From: Tubiluchus corallicola
Taxonomy: Eukaryota > Animalia > Priapulida
Length of the DNA stretch: 64,000 bases
Reading direction: 5' to 3'
NCBI GenBank assembly: GCA_030141605.1
Contig: JAQGDQ010000309.1
Span: forward strand, 216,568-280,567
Shown here: piece by piece, positions 38,601 to 52,252 of the stretch
Numbering within the stretch: position 1 is the first letter of the stretch
How the letters are laid out: each line of letters opens with the position of its first letter
Notes under the pieces: model-generated
Database searches by the model: none
Told to the model about the DNA's origin: nothing
Seen by the model: the letters and a program-made list of their open reading frames with translations, nothing else
Translations under genes and position numbers: made by a program

Positions 38601-41600
38601 ACATGATATACACACGTATAAAACGCCTTAAGTTAAAAATGCAAAAGAAGTTGAATCATTCTTATCTTCTGCCAAACGAATCTCGCTGTGGGAATATTTG
38701 AAAAAAAATTGAGTTTGCTAGCGGACGGTGTGAACGCCAAAAAGGTAGCAAGATTCTTGTAGTTCGCTCAGAAATTCCACTGTTCGCATAAACGTGCAAC
38801 TCTGCGAGCAAGAGACTAATTTAAGAGGTGCTTATCACAATTTTGTTGCTAGATCTTTCTAAAAATTTTTTCAAATATTAAAATAAGCTCAAGTTCCCGA
38901 GAGACTTGGCTTTTTCTTTAACAAACTTGGATGGTATAGTAACTATACTGTACTGTACTGTACTGTACTGTACTGTACTGTGCTGTGCTGTACTGTAGTG
39001 TACTGTACTGTACTGTACTGTGCTGTGCTGTACTGTACTGTAGTGTACTGTACTGTACTGTAGTGTAGTGTACTGTACCGTACCGTACCGTACCGTACCA
39101 TACCATACTATACTATCTGTACTATACTATCTGTACTATACTATACCATACCATACCATACCATACCATACCATACCATACCATACCATACCATACCATA
39201 CTATACTATCTGTACTATACTATACTATACCATACCATACCATACCATACCATACCATACCATACCATACCATACCATACCATACCATACCATACTATCT
39301 ATACTATACTATACTATACTATACTATACTATACTATACTATACTATACTATACTATACTATACTATACTATACTATACTATACTATACTATACTATACT
39401 ATACTATACTATACTATACTTCATCAAGAAATTAGTATAATGAAACACTTGAATAATATGAAACTAGCAATGAAACGCTAAGCACAATCGTCAAATAATG
39501 AAAGTTAACAAGTCTGTGTAAGCAGCATACATTTACAGCTTAAATCCTTTTTACCAGAGTTTTTACTGCTTTAGATATGGCTTTGAAAGCACCAGAATTG
39601 CAAGAGGAATTCAATGCAAATGCGGAGACACAAAGAGCATTAGTCAAAAATGGTGAACGATTGATGACTGCGCTAGATTTTTTTACAAGCAGTGTCAACA
39701 CGTTGGTTCATAAGACTATGACAGACACTTTAGCAACGCACAAGCTCTATGTGACAGCTAGGTAATTTTATAAATTTTCGTTAAGATTTTTTTTTTGTGG
39801 ATAGTTTGTGTAAGGCTTTAATAACCTGAACTTATTCTATAACGTGTAAGACAGTTTTGCGGTTAGCATACGCGATCATTTTAGTTTTATTCAACTGTGA
39901 TGTTTTGGCGACCTGGTGCTATCCCTCCCTCACTTTAAACCAAGTCACGCACAAGTCATGATGACAGGTTCGAGCTCATCAAAGGTATGACAACCCCCCA
40001 AACTGACCTTTTATCCCTGTCGCTATGGTCATCTTTGATTCGAAGGACGTACATCACATTTCAAGTAGCTGATTGTATCAGAGCAATGTTTGCACATACT
40101 TGGAAATGATATATGCTAGGGTAAGTTAGAAAATTTTCGCGGCAAATTCCTTTTGGCCCCTCCCCCCGTGAAACTTCCTCCCGAACGACTACGGTCGTAA
40201 CACTCATTCCATCACTTAACAAATTTTACCGTTAGTTCTTTTGCATCGAATGGTTTCACCCTAACAGAAGCTACGACATGTACACTAGTATTATTTTATT
40301 AAATAACACCGAGTCAGAGCCTTCCCTAATACTACTATTCTAAAACTCTGAAATTCTAATTGGCGTGTCTTTTAACTTTTCCTGGGGTCGGATTCATGTA
40401 CTGCACTTTCTGCCGTTTCTTTGTCTTAAGTGGGGTTTGGGCGCGTGGAAATTTTTCCATTGAACTCATGTAGGCGTTTTATTTCGTTAGTCGCAACTAG
40501 GAAAGTTAGGCGGAATTCAAGTAGATGTCTTAAGTTGCATTTAGTCGTGCCCAATTTTGTGCACACTTTTAAGACGGGATTCATTAAACAAAGTTTTGTT
40601 GTAGCCGCACGTCTAACTTTACGAAATCTCCGGAGTTGTCGCAACTCGAAAAGTAGTGCTGTTCTTAAGAGGTGTCGTAAGACAACTCACTTAAGTGCAT
40701 AAAGTTGCGACACGTACATGAATCTGGGCCTCGGTTACTTACAGGTACCAAACACATCTTGCACCATACCAATATTTTGCCATTTAACGTAATTGTAACA
40801 GAATAACATGTAGCATGTTTCATTTTTGTTTTTTTTACTTGAACTGTTGTTCTTAAACTCGGCAATATGGTGAAGCACATCGCCAGTTAAACTAGAAGGG
40901 CAGGACGCGTCACATGGCGCAGTTTTTTTCTACTTTGTGCATGTCTCTGGAATCTCTGGAGAATATGTTCTTATTTTTTATTAATTTTCTTAGTTTAGTG
41001 CTAACTACTATTGTACACAATTTCAGGACTAAAATGTTACTTTAACCTTGTTAAAAATAGGCTACTAAAGGTACCATCTGCGTCAGTTTATGCCAATACA
41101 TATTGTACATTGTAAATCATCACAATGTACTGACATCGCAATAGTAAATGTGAGTGTCGTGAAGCTCACGATTTCTTGACATTGATTTTATTATTATGTC
41201 ATATGTCATTATTTTTTATTTATTATGTCATATTATTACATTCTCTTGTTAAAACATTAAAAACCCCATATAAGAAATTTCAGCTGTAAAATAGGTCTAT
41301 TTCTTTATATACAGTCTAAACTTTCATCCTTGAACTATGTAGTATACATAACATTTACCTTTCATTGAATTGCTGGCTTCCTTGCTTCATAGAAAACTTA
41401 CCTGGTGAGTTGGCTGTCAGAGGTCTTTGAATAAACATGTGCTGTTACTGATTTGTATAAATAAACTCACCTGTGTTCTACCTATGCTGATGTCTTAGCA
41501 ATTTTACCTTCAGAAATACTTCAAAGTGAGCATACATCAGTGAATGTAAATCAGTGAACTCATTTAGACATCTTATTTTGCGAGCTTAAAGCTTGTGGTC

Positions 41601-44600
41601 TGAACTTTCATGACTATCAGCTTTCAGAATGGCTACCAGTTGGCTGTGATTCAATATGGGTTCTTGAGGCACAGCGAACTATGCCGTTAGGTGAATAAGT
41701 CATTATACTTTTACTGTATAAATTGTTTCAATTTTATATGAATTCAATTGATTTTTTGATGTATCATCAAATCTCAGCAAAATCTGACTGCTACCAGTTT
41801 TATTTTGTATAGGAATGGAAACTATAATTGCATCAGTTGACCCATGACAATCCTTCATAGGAAACCAGTAAACATTTCTGGTCCCTCTAGTGTCGGAAAT
41901 CGTCATTTCTTAAGCTCAGCTTCTAATTAGCTATATCGTTTGCTTATATCTAGGTTAGAGTACGACGCATATCGTTCCGATTTTGAGGGTTTGCGTTCGC
42001 TTGCTCAAAGGGATCCCGGTTACACTAACAAGGTGAAGGAAAACGAGAGTGTCTATTTGCAGTACAAACATAACTTTGAGAAATATCGATCGGATTTGTC
42101 AGTTAAGATCCGACTACTTGAAGAAAACAAAGTGAGTTTTTAGTTCATAAATCTCGAATCTTGTTATCCGAGAAATTGTACCCCGGGGGTGTTCAAATTA
42201 TCTGACTAGCCGGGCCACATTAAACTTTCCCGCAATTCCCGCGGGCCACAGGCAGTTTGATTAAGGAGCCAAGTACAGTAGGACCTAATAACGATTTTTT
42301 TCATCCAACCTGCGTACATCATTACTACTACACTCAAGAAACTATTTTAGAAGTTATTAAAATTTATATTACAAACCATATATTTCTACTTTCAGGACAG
42401 ATAGTGGTAATTTCATTACAATGCATATTAGTAATGTGTATCACACAGTCTGTATAGTATAGCGCATATTAATGTTTTGACTCGCTGTTCTTCTTCAATA
42501 TTCCTCTTTTTCTTATCCATTTCTGATTCTCATCTATAAGAACACTACATCTGATGAAACGATGAAACAGCCACTGATTGAGGCGTGTACTACTGAGTCA
42601 AGCTGAAACTAAAATCTGGGAATCCCCTATATCAGGGGTGACCACACTTTTTCAGCTTGCTGGCTACTTACAAATTGCTCTGCCCAGTCGTCTTCTTGGT
42701 CATAGCAAGTAGATCATTTTGACTTGGTTATTTTATAATTTTATTTATAATTTATTTTGTAAAACACCCAAGTCAAAATGTTTTACCTACTATGACCAAG
42801 AAGACGACTGGACATACAGGCCCGATAATAGAAGCCTAGAGATTGGCTAATTGGTCTGCCTACCAGCCAATCAGATTGCTTCTCGCATTTCTTGCACATT
42901 TGAGCATTTGAATGGCGGCTTCCTTGATAGTTTGCTGTGTTCTGCGATTACATCGCTTTTTTTGTGTTCCAAGTGAGCAACGTTAAATTTCGTCATGTCC
43001 GACAGTGACATTAAGTGACAACGGTCTTGTAAGGGTTAATGCCATCCGATCTAGTGGAAAAAACTACCCGCACTATCTTTGCGATATCGTGGCACGGACT
43101 TCAGCTGGATACACTCAATTAATCACCCGGGTTGCACTTTCATTAGGTTGATGAATCTCTTCGCGTGCCGCACAAATTCTCTCGGCGGGCCGCAATTTGC
43201 ACACTCCTGTTGTAAACTGATAATGCTGAATTTTAATTAGTCTATTAAGCTTAAAAGTTGTGTTGTCATTTTTGGTGTTTGTAACTCTGTGAATTGCATT
43301 TTTGCTTAGATTTTTAGACTGCCAGTACATTTTCTCACCATGTTTATTTAGCAAGCACATGGAATTGTTGCTACGTGACTTTCAACTATTGTATTTGTTG
43401 ATTAGAATTCAGTTAAAATCTTTTTTTCTCATACATTGTCTTGCTTATAGAGTGTCACTTTGATTTTCCCAAATTTTTCATTTTTTTAATATTAATCGTC
43501 ACTTTTACTAATTATATGCGTAACTAATCACTTAATACGTAGGTGGGCTACCATAAGTCCACCTCTCGGGTCTCCCGTGGTTTTAGTTGAGTTATATTAA
43601 TCGCATAACACAGTATTTTTAATGCAAATTATTATTACTCGTGGGCTGATGATTCAAAGGAGATGCAAACAGGTATGTTAAGGCCTGGTGTTCGAAAACA
43701 GTTTGAGTTAGGCTCTATGATTTTGTGCAAGTGTATTATGTTATGTGATAACACCACTGCATTATTGTGCTGTTGTGTAAGCTTTTTGATAAGTTTTCTT
43801 GTTGTTGTTAGATTGTACTGAACATATCTGATTTGAATTGAAAAGTTTATTTGGCGCCCAGTTGTAGTTGCGACAGTCAGAAACCCGAACGGAATTGAAA
43901 GTCACCCAAGCCCTGGGAGAGAACTGATTTAGAACTATAGTATTAACACAACCTTGTATTAACCTTTCATGTCTTTTATAAATTCCACCGTAAATCTATG
44001 AACACTACATGCACTACAAAATAAACTTACCCGAACAAAACTTAAAAGAAATAGTACACCTACTTATTGTATGACAAATTCCTTTCAATGTCTCGTTGTT
44101 ACAGCCATTAGCTGTCAAATATATATTATTTGTCTTTCGTTTTTTAAACGGGGACTTTGTATTTATCTTTGCCAGTTTTTGCCACGAATTCCCATACAAC
44201 TGTGAAACCATTACTCTGATCAATGTTGAACAATTATAAGGTACTTTACAGTGAGATAAATTCTTAGCGTGCACAGTTTTGAATGTAAACTATAGCTATG
44301 TTTGTGTGACATTAGAAGCAAAGCTACTTCCGTGCCAGCTTAGTTTGTGACTGCCAAATTGCCACTTTTTTATGGGTTTTCATAACAGATTAGCAGTGGC
44401 GGCTTGTAGTTAAAATTAGTGGGAGCGCTGCAAAATTAGAAATTTTTTAGCCATTGTTTTAATACTGTGTAAACAAAAATGCGTAATTATAATGTTGTAA
44501 TTGTAATTTTAAACAACAAAATTAATTTAAATGTAACCTTGATAAACTCATAAACAAAACTTATTGTTTTCTTACGAATAGCCTAAATTGTCGCAGTTCA

Positions 44601-45152
44601 GGAATATGCCGATACACGGCTTTTAATAACGTGACAACTGACAACACGCGCTGCAGTTAGCAACAGTACTCCTTCTATCTAAAGCACATTGTCTTATCTC
44701 AGATGTGTGCGCATGGTAGCATGTGCACAGCATCCATACACCGCGTTGCTTGGGCTGTGAAGAAAATTGTACTACCCTCACTTGCTCCGGTTCCGCGCAA
44801 GTATAAAGAAAGAATAAAGAAAAAAGTCTTATTACATATATTGGATATTATCGATAATAATGAGTGAAAACAGGGGGTGGTGCAGTACCACAGTACCTAT
44901 ACGCAAGCCATCACCACTGCAGATTAGTCAAGCAACGTCGTTCTAATTTCTCAATTTTCGTCTCATGTGTAACTAATTACTTTACAGGTCAAGGTTATGC
45001 ATAAACAGCTGGTATTACTGCACAAGGCCATGTCAGCATACTTTGCCGGAAACAGTGAAGCGCTTGAAGGAACGATGAAGCAGTTTAGTATCAATATGAC
45101 AAAGCCGGATTACCATCCTCCGTCCTGGCTAGAAAACCTGACCCACCCTTAG
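32690..45152 (+). CDS. ARFIP: Arfaptin (BAR/AH domain), 7 coding exons: 32690-32780, 33302-33439, 34275-34418, 35664-35825, 39575-39761, 41954-42131, 44988-45152
   Basis: GT-AG phase-compatible exons encode [76 protein letters not shown] typical of arfaptin-1/2; the first two exons are less conserved. Confidence 0.93.
33585..34040 (+). mobile_element. piggyBac-like MITE, copy 1
   Basis: TTAA|CCCTTTCA...TGAAAGTG|TTAA; subterminal palindrome gtatcccgtgggatac. Confidence 0.85.
35850..36065. repeat. (CAT/CAC)n microsatellite, intronic
   Basis: Directly visible. Confidence 0.92.
37128..37660. mobile_element. Foldback-like MITE with modular arms built from a CAAATGT motif
   Basis: ggttttacatgtcaaatgtaga ... 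tctacatttgacgtgtaaaacc; tcaaatgt units on the left, acatttga units on the right. Confidence 0.75.
38095..38530 (+). mobile_element. piggyBac-like MITE, copy 2
   Basis: TTAA|CCCTTTCA...TGAAAGGG|TTAA. Confidence 0.88.
38940..39420. repeat. Compound pentanucleotide microsatellite (TACTG / CATAC / TATAC)
   Basis: Directly visible. Confidence 0.95.
40384..40730. mobile_element. Possible PIF/Harbinger-like MITE
   Basis: Imperfect TIR gggtcggattcatgtac / gtacatgaatctgggcc. Confidence 0.55.
42184..43209 (+). mobile_element. Non-autonomous hAT (Charlie-like) element, long copy with a nested hAT end and a 42685-42811 hairpin
   Basis: Ends cgggggtgttcaaatt / aatttgcacactcctg; GCGGGCC subterminal motifs; homologous to 60286-60821; degenerate TSD ttgtaccc / ttgtaaac. 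Confidence 0.8.
44394..44919. mobile_element. Non-autonomous hAT-type element
   Basis: CAGTGG...CCACTG ends with perfect 8-bp TSD CAGATTAG. Confidence 0.85.
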
Positions 45153-46136
45153 ACGTTATTCTTGCCCCCCACCTCCTTTCACATGCTACCGGTGCCTGAA
45201 TAGTAACTGTTTCAGTGCCATTAGCTTATTAATTCAACACCTCGTCCTATGAATTTATTTCCGAAGAATGTGATGCATGAATTGATATAATTATAAGTGT
45301 AAATGTCTTATTTTGCATTTTGCATCCAGTAATGTGATTGTACTTTATGAGCATAGTGAATATTTTGTTCATTATAGTTATAATTTGTATATTCAGATTT
45401 TATTTCTGACCTTAAAGTAGAACAGGACCAAATTTTAGTTCAAAATATTGTAATATATAAAATTTGGAAAGAGAACATAATTGTTTTTTAACAGTGTCTT
45501 ACGTAAATTACCACGGAACTTTAATTTCACATTCAATTAGATGGGTACTAGCGCCTGCATTTCGCAGCCACATTGCACAAAAAACGTGTACTGTACCTGT
45601 CAAATTGTTTCTGACATAGCCATGACATGGTGAAATCGCATGATGACACAGACGTAAGCGTTCAGTGTAAATTTTTCAGCATAAATTTGCCCAGTTTCAT
45701 GCATCCCAGTCCCAGGTGCTGTTGTTGTACAGTAGTACTGCATTTTAATGTGCAACATGTTCCTGGAATGTTTGGGCTGCTGAAACATATAATTTTATTC
45801 AATTCTGACGTCATCGCTTGTTGCGCTCGTTGGCCTGAAAATAAAGGCGGATATGAAATATCACCCTCTTTTAATCAAAACTTACCTGAAGCTTTTAGTA
45901 TGATTGCTAGGAGGTAAAGTTAAAAGAAATAGTAAAACCTTAAAATGAAAATGTCAGTATCAACAAACTATAATCAAAAGTAATTTCAATCGAATCATTT
46001 GTGTCTTTGTGAATTAAGATACTTACTGTTAGTCTATCCACATTTATCGTATGAAAAAAGTAGTCGCAATGACAATCACATATTTTTGACTATAGCAGAC
46101 CTGCTGTGCTTTTTAGCGGAACTTAAACATCTGTAA

Positions 46137-46325
46137 ATAAGTCTTTTTACAGCTTCGTTGTGCGCATGCGCAGTTGCTGTAGGTCAAAGGTTAAGTGTAC
46201 CACTCTAACACAGCAATGTGTCTTACCTACAACCATCACAATGTACACAATTGCGTTGTTTGATGCACTTAACCTTTGACCTTTTCACAATCATCATCCA
46301 TCGCTGGAACTGTGAAAGGCTAATT
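46137..46325. mobile_element. MITE family A copy
   Basis: Same aggtcaaaggttaagtg inverted motif and ends as 478-667. Confidence 0.65.
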
Positions 46326-49300
46326 CACGTACATCTAGTCTACTGCGATTGCAGTAATGCAATTTTTGTTGTTGCTGTTGTTTTGTGCAGTTTGGTCATA
46401 CTTTTGTATTAGTCAGAATCTTATCATATTTTTTGCCATGTAAGATGTGTTTTCTTTCTAGTTAAAACCACGTTAAAACCAGCCTACTTCTTATACATTG
46501 ATGTAGAGCCCTAATGTAGCGTAAAATTTTTATTACTGCACTTATAATCTAAGTAAATATACGAACTGCAATTTGGGAAACATTAACCATTTATCGCATG
46601 CAGAATTACGTTAATGCTAAATAGTCTATAGGTAATTCCTGTAAAGCAAGATGGTAGTTTTTGAGTTCTATCATCTGCTAATCACATACAAATATTAAGT
46701 TTGTTTACATTTTAAAATAAATATTGTTCTGTTTTTACATGCGCAGTGAAAACTAAGCTTAATGAAGCTGACCGTGTTTGAGAAATGTACATTATTAAAA
46801 ACTCCGAATATACAAAACTTAAGTAGGCAAAAAAATAGCCTTAGGCGTAACTGGGGCTCGAAAGTTCTCTTAACTGTTCCTTGCAAAATGACATTGGATC
46901 TTATACACCTTTGCACCTTATATAGCGAAAAATACAGTAATATGTAATTGTAAGGAAATATATTTGAATAAATGTAATCATTAGTATTGTGAAGCACTTA
47001 TTATATTACCCATGCCTATGCGTCCGTTTATATACTGTTTGATTTGCTTTTAATGTGTATTACGTATTAAGTCTAGTGCAATTAATGTGCCTCTTGTGCA
47101 GACGGCTTTGTCTTGTTCACCTTGAACTAATCCAACTAAGCATTATCTTCATTACAAAAAGACCACATGAAATTATACTACCTGACCTGAGGAGCATGAA
47201 AGTCCAGTTTGCACATGCTTAATTTAGTGAGTAATTTAGATATAGTGTTGGATTGCTGACCTTTTAATGATTTAGCTAGCTACATATCTAAGTCTAGAAC
47301 TGCAGGAAGTTAGAAAAGCTGTGATCTATTATATAGCTAAGTTATACGAGTTAAAAATATCAAAAGTTTTATAACTAGTATTTGTTGACGGAAATGTGGC
47401 CATTACATTCTATGATGGGGTTAGGATTCATACCTACAATATACTGCAGAGTTATTAAGTGCTTATATGTGCTACCCTTATGCATTTATACTTTTTGGCT
47501 AGAAACAATATCTTACATTAACAGAAAGTTTGCCATGTTGAACGTAATGCAGGAATTTTGCCTACCTCTGCTAGTCATTGTGTTAAATAATTTCACCACC
47601 AGTGCCCTATGAATTGGGTTTATAATTTGAAGTGATTATTATTATTATTTATTTCGAAATTGCAGTACAATTTACATTTGTTAGTAGCATAGAAAAATAA
47701 GAATATTTACGCATTATAATAATTAAAAAAAGGACATTAAACAATATAGGTAGTTATTCAAGGGGAGTCCAATTAAAAACGCGTTAGTTAAGTTAGTTAA
47801 CTTTGACATATCCAGTCTATTATCGGGTTAAGCTCGTGTCTATTCAAAAATTCAAACTGTTAACACGATTGCATTTCTTTCACAGAAGTATTACATAATA
47901 TGTAATAATCCTGCTCATTGCTTACAATTTAAGCTCACTTAGAGACAATCTGTCTTACGTATGAAATTGCACATTTTGCATTATACACATTTCGATTGTT
48001 GTTATATTTATATCTCAATAGTTGAGGCTTGTAACCCAACGTAGAGTCTACAAGCTACACTATTGATATTTAAGTTTTATTAAATGAATTTTGTTCCAGC
48101 ATGCATGTTTTTGTGCGGTATTTGACCCGAATCTGACCTGTGCTTCCTGGCCACATTGTAGTCGTTATACTCGCTGGAACGAGGCTGTAGATGTCTTCTA
48201 ACATTATACAGTATTCTAAAATACGTATTTTAAAACTCAATTAAAATGGCCCGTTTGATGATAAATGCATTTTTAATAACCCTGCATGTACAGTATAGTG
48301 TCACATAGAAACTTCCCTTTGTTGACCGTTGCTTAATTATTGTATATTGAATAAGACCATTCTTCATTTTGTAACTTATTAAGCAAAATATAATTAATTT
48401 TGTTTTAATTTATTGGCGTCTACAATATGTCTGTCTTGCCAGAGCGGTTATTAACTGATAGGTATCCTATTAGATCATCCAGAATTATCCTAGGTCCTGT
48501 CAGAATTTCATGCACTTCAAATTATAAGATGTAAAACTGACACGCTTGCATCTCACTAAAACACTAATAAACATTGCACATAAACGGCAAAACGGATGTA
48601 GATTTTATATTTAAAAACACAATACTTCACTTCCGTAAGGGGGATTATCATCAAAGTGCTGGTACTAAACTATTTGTTCTGTTTTTTAAAGTATGTTTTT
48701 ATCAGCGTCTGTTAACGATTGCACTTATGGGAGTCGAAATGTGTTCTTAGGTATATGTATCTCTCATGCCGTATTTATATAGATTCTTTACTACTGTATT
48801 TGTCAATATTTATGGTGATTAAATAACAGCTGGTACTGCAGACATATGAAACAGGGATATGTAGAGTTTAAACTAACCAATAAGGTCTATAATTAGGCAT
48901 AAGTTATAGATATGTATATCTGCTAGAGTATAACCCATTTGACTGTCTATTTTCTTTTATTATAGGCGCCTTTTAACACTGATACTGACTGCAGTACAAT
49001 CAAAAGTAGCACAGAGCAGTCCATATTTATTTGATTTCAATTTTATTATTTTTGCTTGCAGAGATACATTTGATTTTTGCTGTATATCATATAGAAGTCA
49101 CTGTACTGCTTGAACATACCTTCATCTGTATTGTACTGATGTTCTTCATAACTATAATAGCTAAATGTTAGCTATGATACCTAAATAAAACGATTTTCAA
49201 ATATAATTTGCAGTGCATTTAAGACAATGATTATTAATTTAAACGGAAAAATGCTATTGTCGCGTTGTCGCGCATTACGGTCACATACTTGCCTGCATAT

Positions 49301-49436
49301 GTGAAATGTGTAAGCCTATTCATATCTAATAGGATGTATTAGTAGTCACTGTTGCCACAATATATTTCTAATATTCAGCCAATATTATCAAACATATTGA
49401 GTGCCATGTTAAATGTGAACTCAACCACATTACTGT

Positions 49437-49667
49437 ACCAATATGGCGCTATGTTATAGTCCACATTGTGATGATGTTAGCCGACATGCATGTTTTTACC
49501 AATATGGCGCTATATTATAGTCCACATTGTGATGATGTTAGCCGACATGTTTTTACCAATATGGCGGTATGTTATAGTCCACATTGTGATGATCTTAGCC
49601 GACATGTTTTTACCAATATGGCGCTATGTTATACTCCACATTGTGATGATGTTAGCCGACATGTTTT
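49437..49667. repeat. ~58-bp tandem repeat, 4 copies
   Basis: accaatatggcgctatgttatagtccacattgtgatgatgttagccgacatg repeated. Confidence 0.92.
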
Positions 49668-50074
49668 TTTTGCAGATTCGATCTTGCTACATTGTAATTC
49701 CATTGTTATCTTGTGAGAATGTGAACAGTGTGGTAGAACAATGTTGTCACAATAATATGCTACCATATTCGTGCAGGTTTACATTTAGTATTCTCTGTGA
49801 ATTCATGTGCAAACAGTTACTGTTTCAAAATCCTGCCAATGCTGTGACAAATTTAGGCACAAATGTTAGACCTATATCAAGTATTCAGTTAACACAGCAA
49901 TATGTGTACAGGGCTTAAAATGAAACTAAAGTGCAAAAAATCTTTCAGAGTGTCTAATTTAGCATTGCTTGGATTGCTTTTGTGGTTCATTGGTTTGACT
50001 GTTATTCAGTATGTTGTTTCTAGACTTGTAATATTTTTGTAAAATCCTTGCCTTTTGAACCATATTCACCATAA

Positions 50075-50261
50075 CGTGGCGTTTATGGTAGGATGCGGAT
50101 GCGGATGCGTTTGCCCATACGATTGCGGAAAAAATCAATAGGAATAGCTGCAGAAAAAGAATAACGCATACGCAGCTGCATAACGGGTGCATTGAAAATA
50201 ACATAAACCGATCTATTCCGCACCCCCAAAACGCATCCGCATCCTACATAAACATACTACT
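50075..50261. mobile_element. Short MITE, Harbinger-like
   Basis: TIR gtttatggtaggatgcggatgcg / cgcatccgcatcctaccataaac, TAA on both flanks. Confidence 0.65.
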
Positions 50262-50276
50262 TAATGCTCTAAGCTG

Positions 50277-50527
50277 CAGGGTGTTCCGAAAGAAACAGTA
50301 CACTAACAAATGCTATATATACACCAATATACAAACAAAGTGCAGTAGGTATGGTCATATATCAAGTTATATGGTACGAAAATGCGAATATTGATAAAAT
50401 AAATAAATATATATATAATTAAATATATTGTTTATTATTTTTATTCGTTACGATGCTATAACGTCTAAGTTCATTTTATCATATTTTTTATATTTCTATT
50501 GCACCTTTTTTCTTTTGGAACACCCTG
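50277..50527. mobile_element. Tc1/mariner-like MITE
   Basis: TIR CAGGGTGTTCC..AAAGAAA / TTTCTTTTGGAACACCCTG; TA TSD not preserved. Confidence 0.6.
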
Positions 50528-50859
50528 TCCTATGTAATTATATCTACCCTTTAAATTTTTCATCTACCCACCTATATTATTATAATAGGCCTGTAAGAAG
50601 CTTGTTAAACCTAGTCCACAATAAAGGTAAGATTATGACACTAGTATAAGTATTGTTCGATCTTTTACTGAATGAGAATAATCACTTTCTTAATTACTTA
50701 TGTCGTTGTTGTGTCGCTAGAAAACGTTTTGTGGAAAATAATTATTTTCTTGTGAAAAAACTTAAACATGTTTATGCTTATTGTTACTCATGAATGAAGT
50801 TCAGTTTTGCATATTTCCGGTTCGTTCATCAACAAAAGCTTAGTGATTGGTATTCTTAA

Positions 50860-51032
50860 GACATAGACAGACATAGATATAGACATAGACAGACATAGAT
50901 ATAGACATAGACATAGATATAGACGTAGACATAGATATAGACATAGATATAGACGTAGACATAGATATAGACATAGACAGACATAGACATAGACAGACAC
51001 AGACATTTATATAGACATAGACAGACATAGAC
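50860..51032. repeat. (ATAGAC)n-type microsatellite
   Basis: Directly visible. Confidence 0.92.
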
Positions 51033-52252
51033 AAGTCTTATTTGTCTCCTCAAATACGCATTCTACAGGGTAAAAGCAAAAATTAATTGCGTACATGAAA
51101 TAAGTCGGGAGCAGTGAAGTGTGAAGAGGTCAAAAGGTGTATTACAGGGGGGGGTGCAGGAGAAAGGGTAGCGAGGGACCAATTGGTCATCAAGACAGCT
51201 ACCCTTTTCCGATTAAATTAATGAAAAGTTTTAGGCACTGCAAAAATTAATAGAGGAAACTGAAAACATAATAATTGATAATTTAAAAATGAAAAGATAA
51301 AAAATAAATAAAAACAACACCAGAACTCATTTTTTGTCAAAGCGTCGATAAGCCTTTGTTAGAACTAGACAGCTCCAATTTGCATTCTAAAAACAACTGC
51401 AAAAAAATTTAAATCCACATTTTACTTCTTAGGTAGCAAAAATTGGACGTTATGTGCAGCTTTTTGTGATCAAAAATCAACCGATAAAAGTCGATACCGT
51501 GTCAACTCATATTTTCAGTCCTGAAAACTTTCTATACCCGTACGTGGTTGTAACCTTACGTCAGTAAATTAGTAGTGACACGCATTCGAAATCGCAACAG
51601 CAAAGAATACAGAGATCGAGGCTCACCGTGTGCATTTTTCGAACAATTTTTCACTGCTCAGCAGGCAGTGAAAATATTTTACGAAGTAAATAAGTTCAGA
51701 CTGCAAAGGAGAGATCGAGTGATTATCCACGTATTTAAGTCGTATTAGCTTTAGTAGGACAGTGAGGTACTTATACGAATCAATTTGCATGAGAGCGAAA
51801 TAACCCTGACTAAATTGTTATTCGAGGGTAACTGATTTGATGTTTGAAGCATTTTTTTCTTAAATCAATCGTTTTATCAATGCTGCATTTTAAATGCACA
51901 AAGTCTCTTTAGCCAAGCTATTTAGCTTCTGCACCTGCATGATTCACCCGTCATTCCTAGATGCAGAAGAACAACTAGCGAACCCTGTTTTCTCTCGGAC
52001 CGATTGCGTACGGAATTTATCACCATATTCTTCTGCCGCTGGCGATTGTGAAAACTCCACTAGATACGGCGTACCAGTTCCAAATTAGTTATTTGTGTTT
52101 CTCAGGACGTGTTATCAAGACAGTTTTCTCCTGCCAATTTCAGCCAACATAGTTTTAGCTATATTTCAGTACTACATATAACGGTTTATAATAATGTACG
52201 TAATTATAGTCCTTGCTTTAAACACTGAGATATGAGCCGTGAATAAAATCGG

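Noticed and set aside
42551-42570. Hammerhead ribozyme core (CTGATGA...GAAAC)
   Set aside because: No convincing stems I-III could be paired
43880-44280. Penelope-like GIY-YIG remnant on the minus strand
   Set aside because: Only faint motif resemblance; needs blastx
52100-52150. KLAGEN peptide on the minus strand resembling the dipeptidase exon
   Set aside because: Flanking residues and splice sites do not match; likely chance
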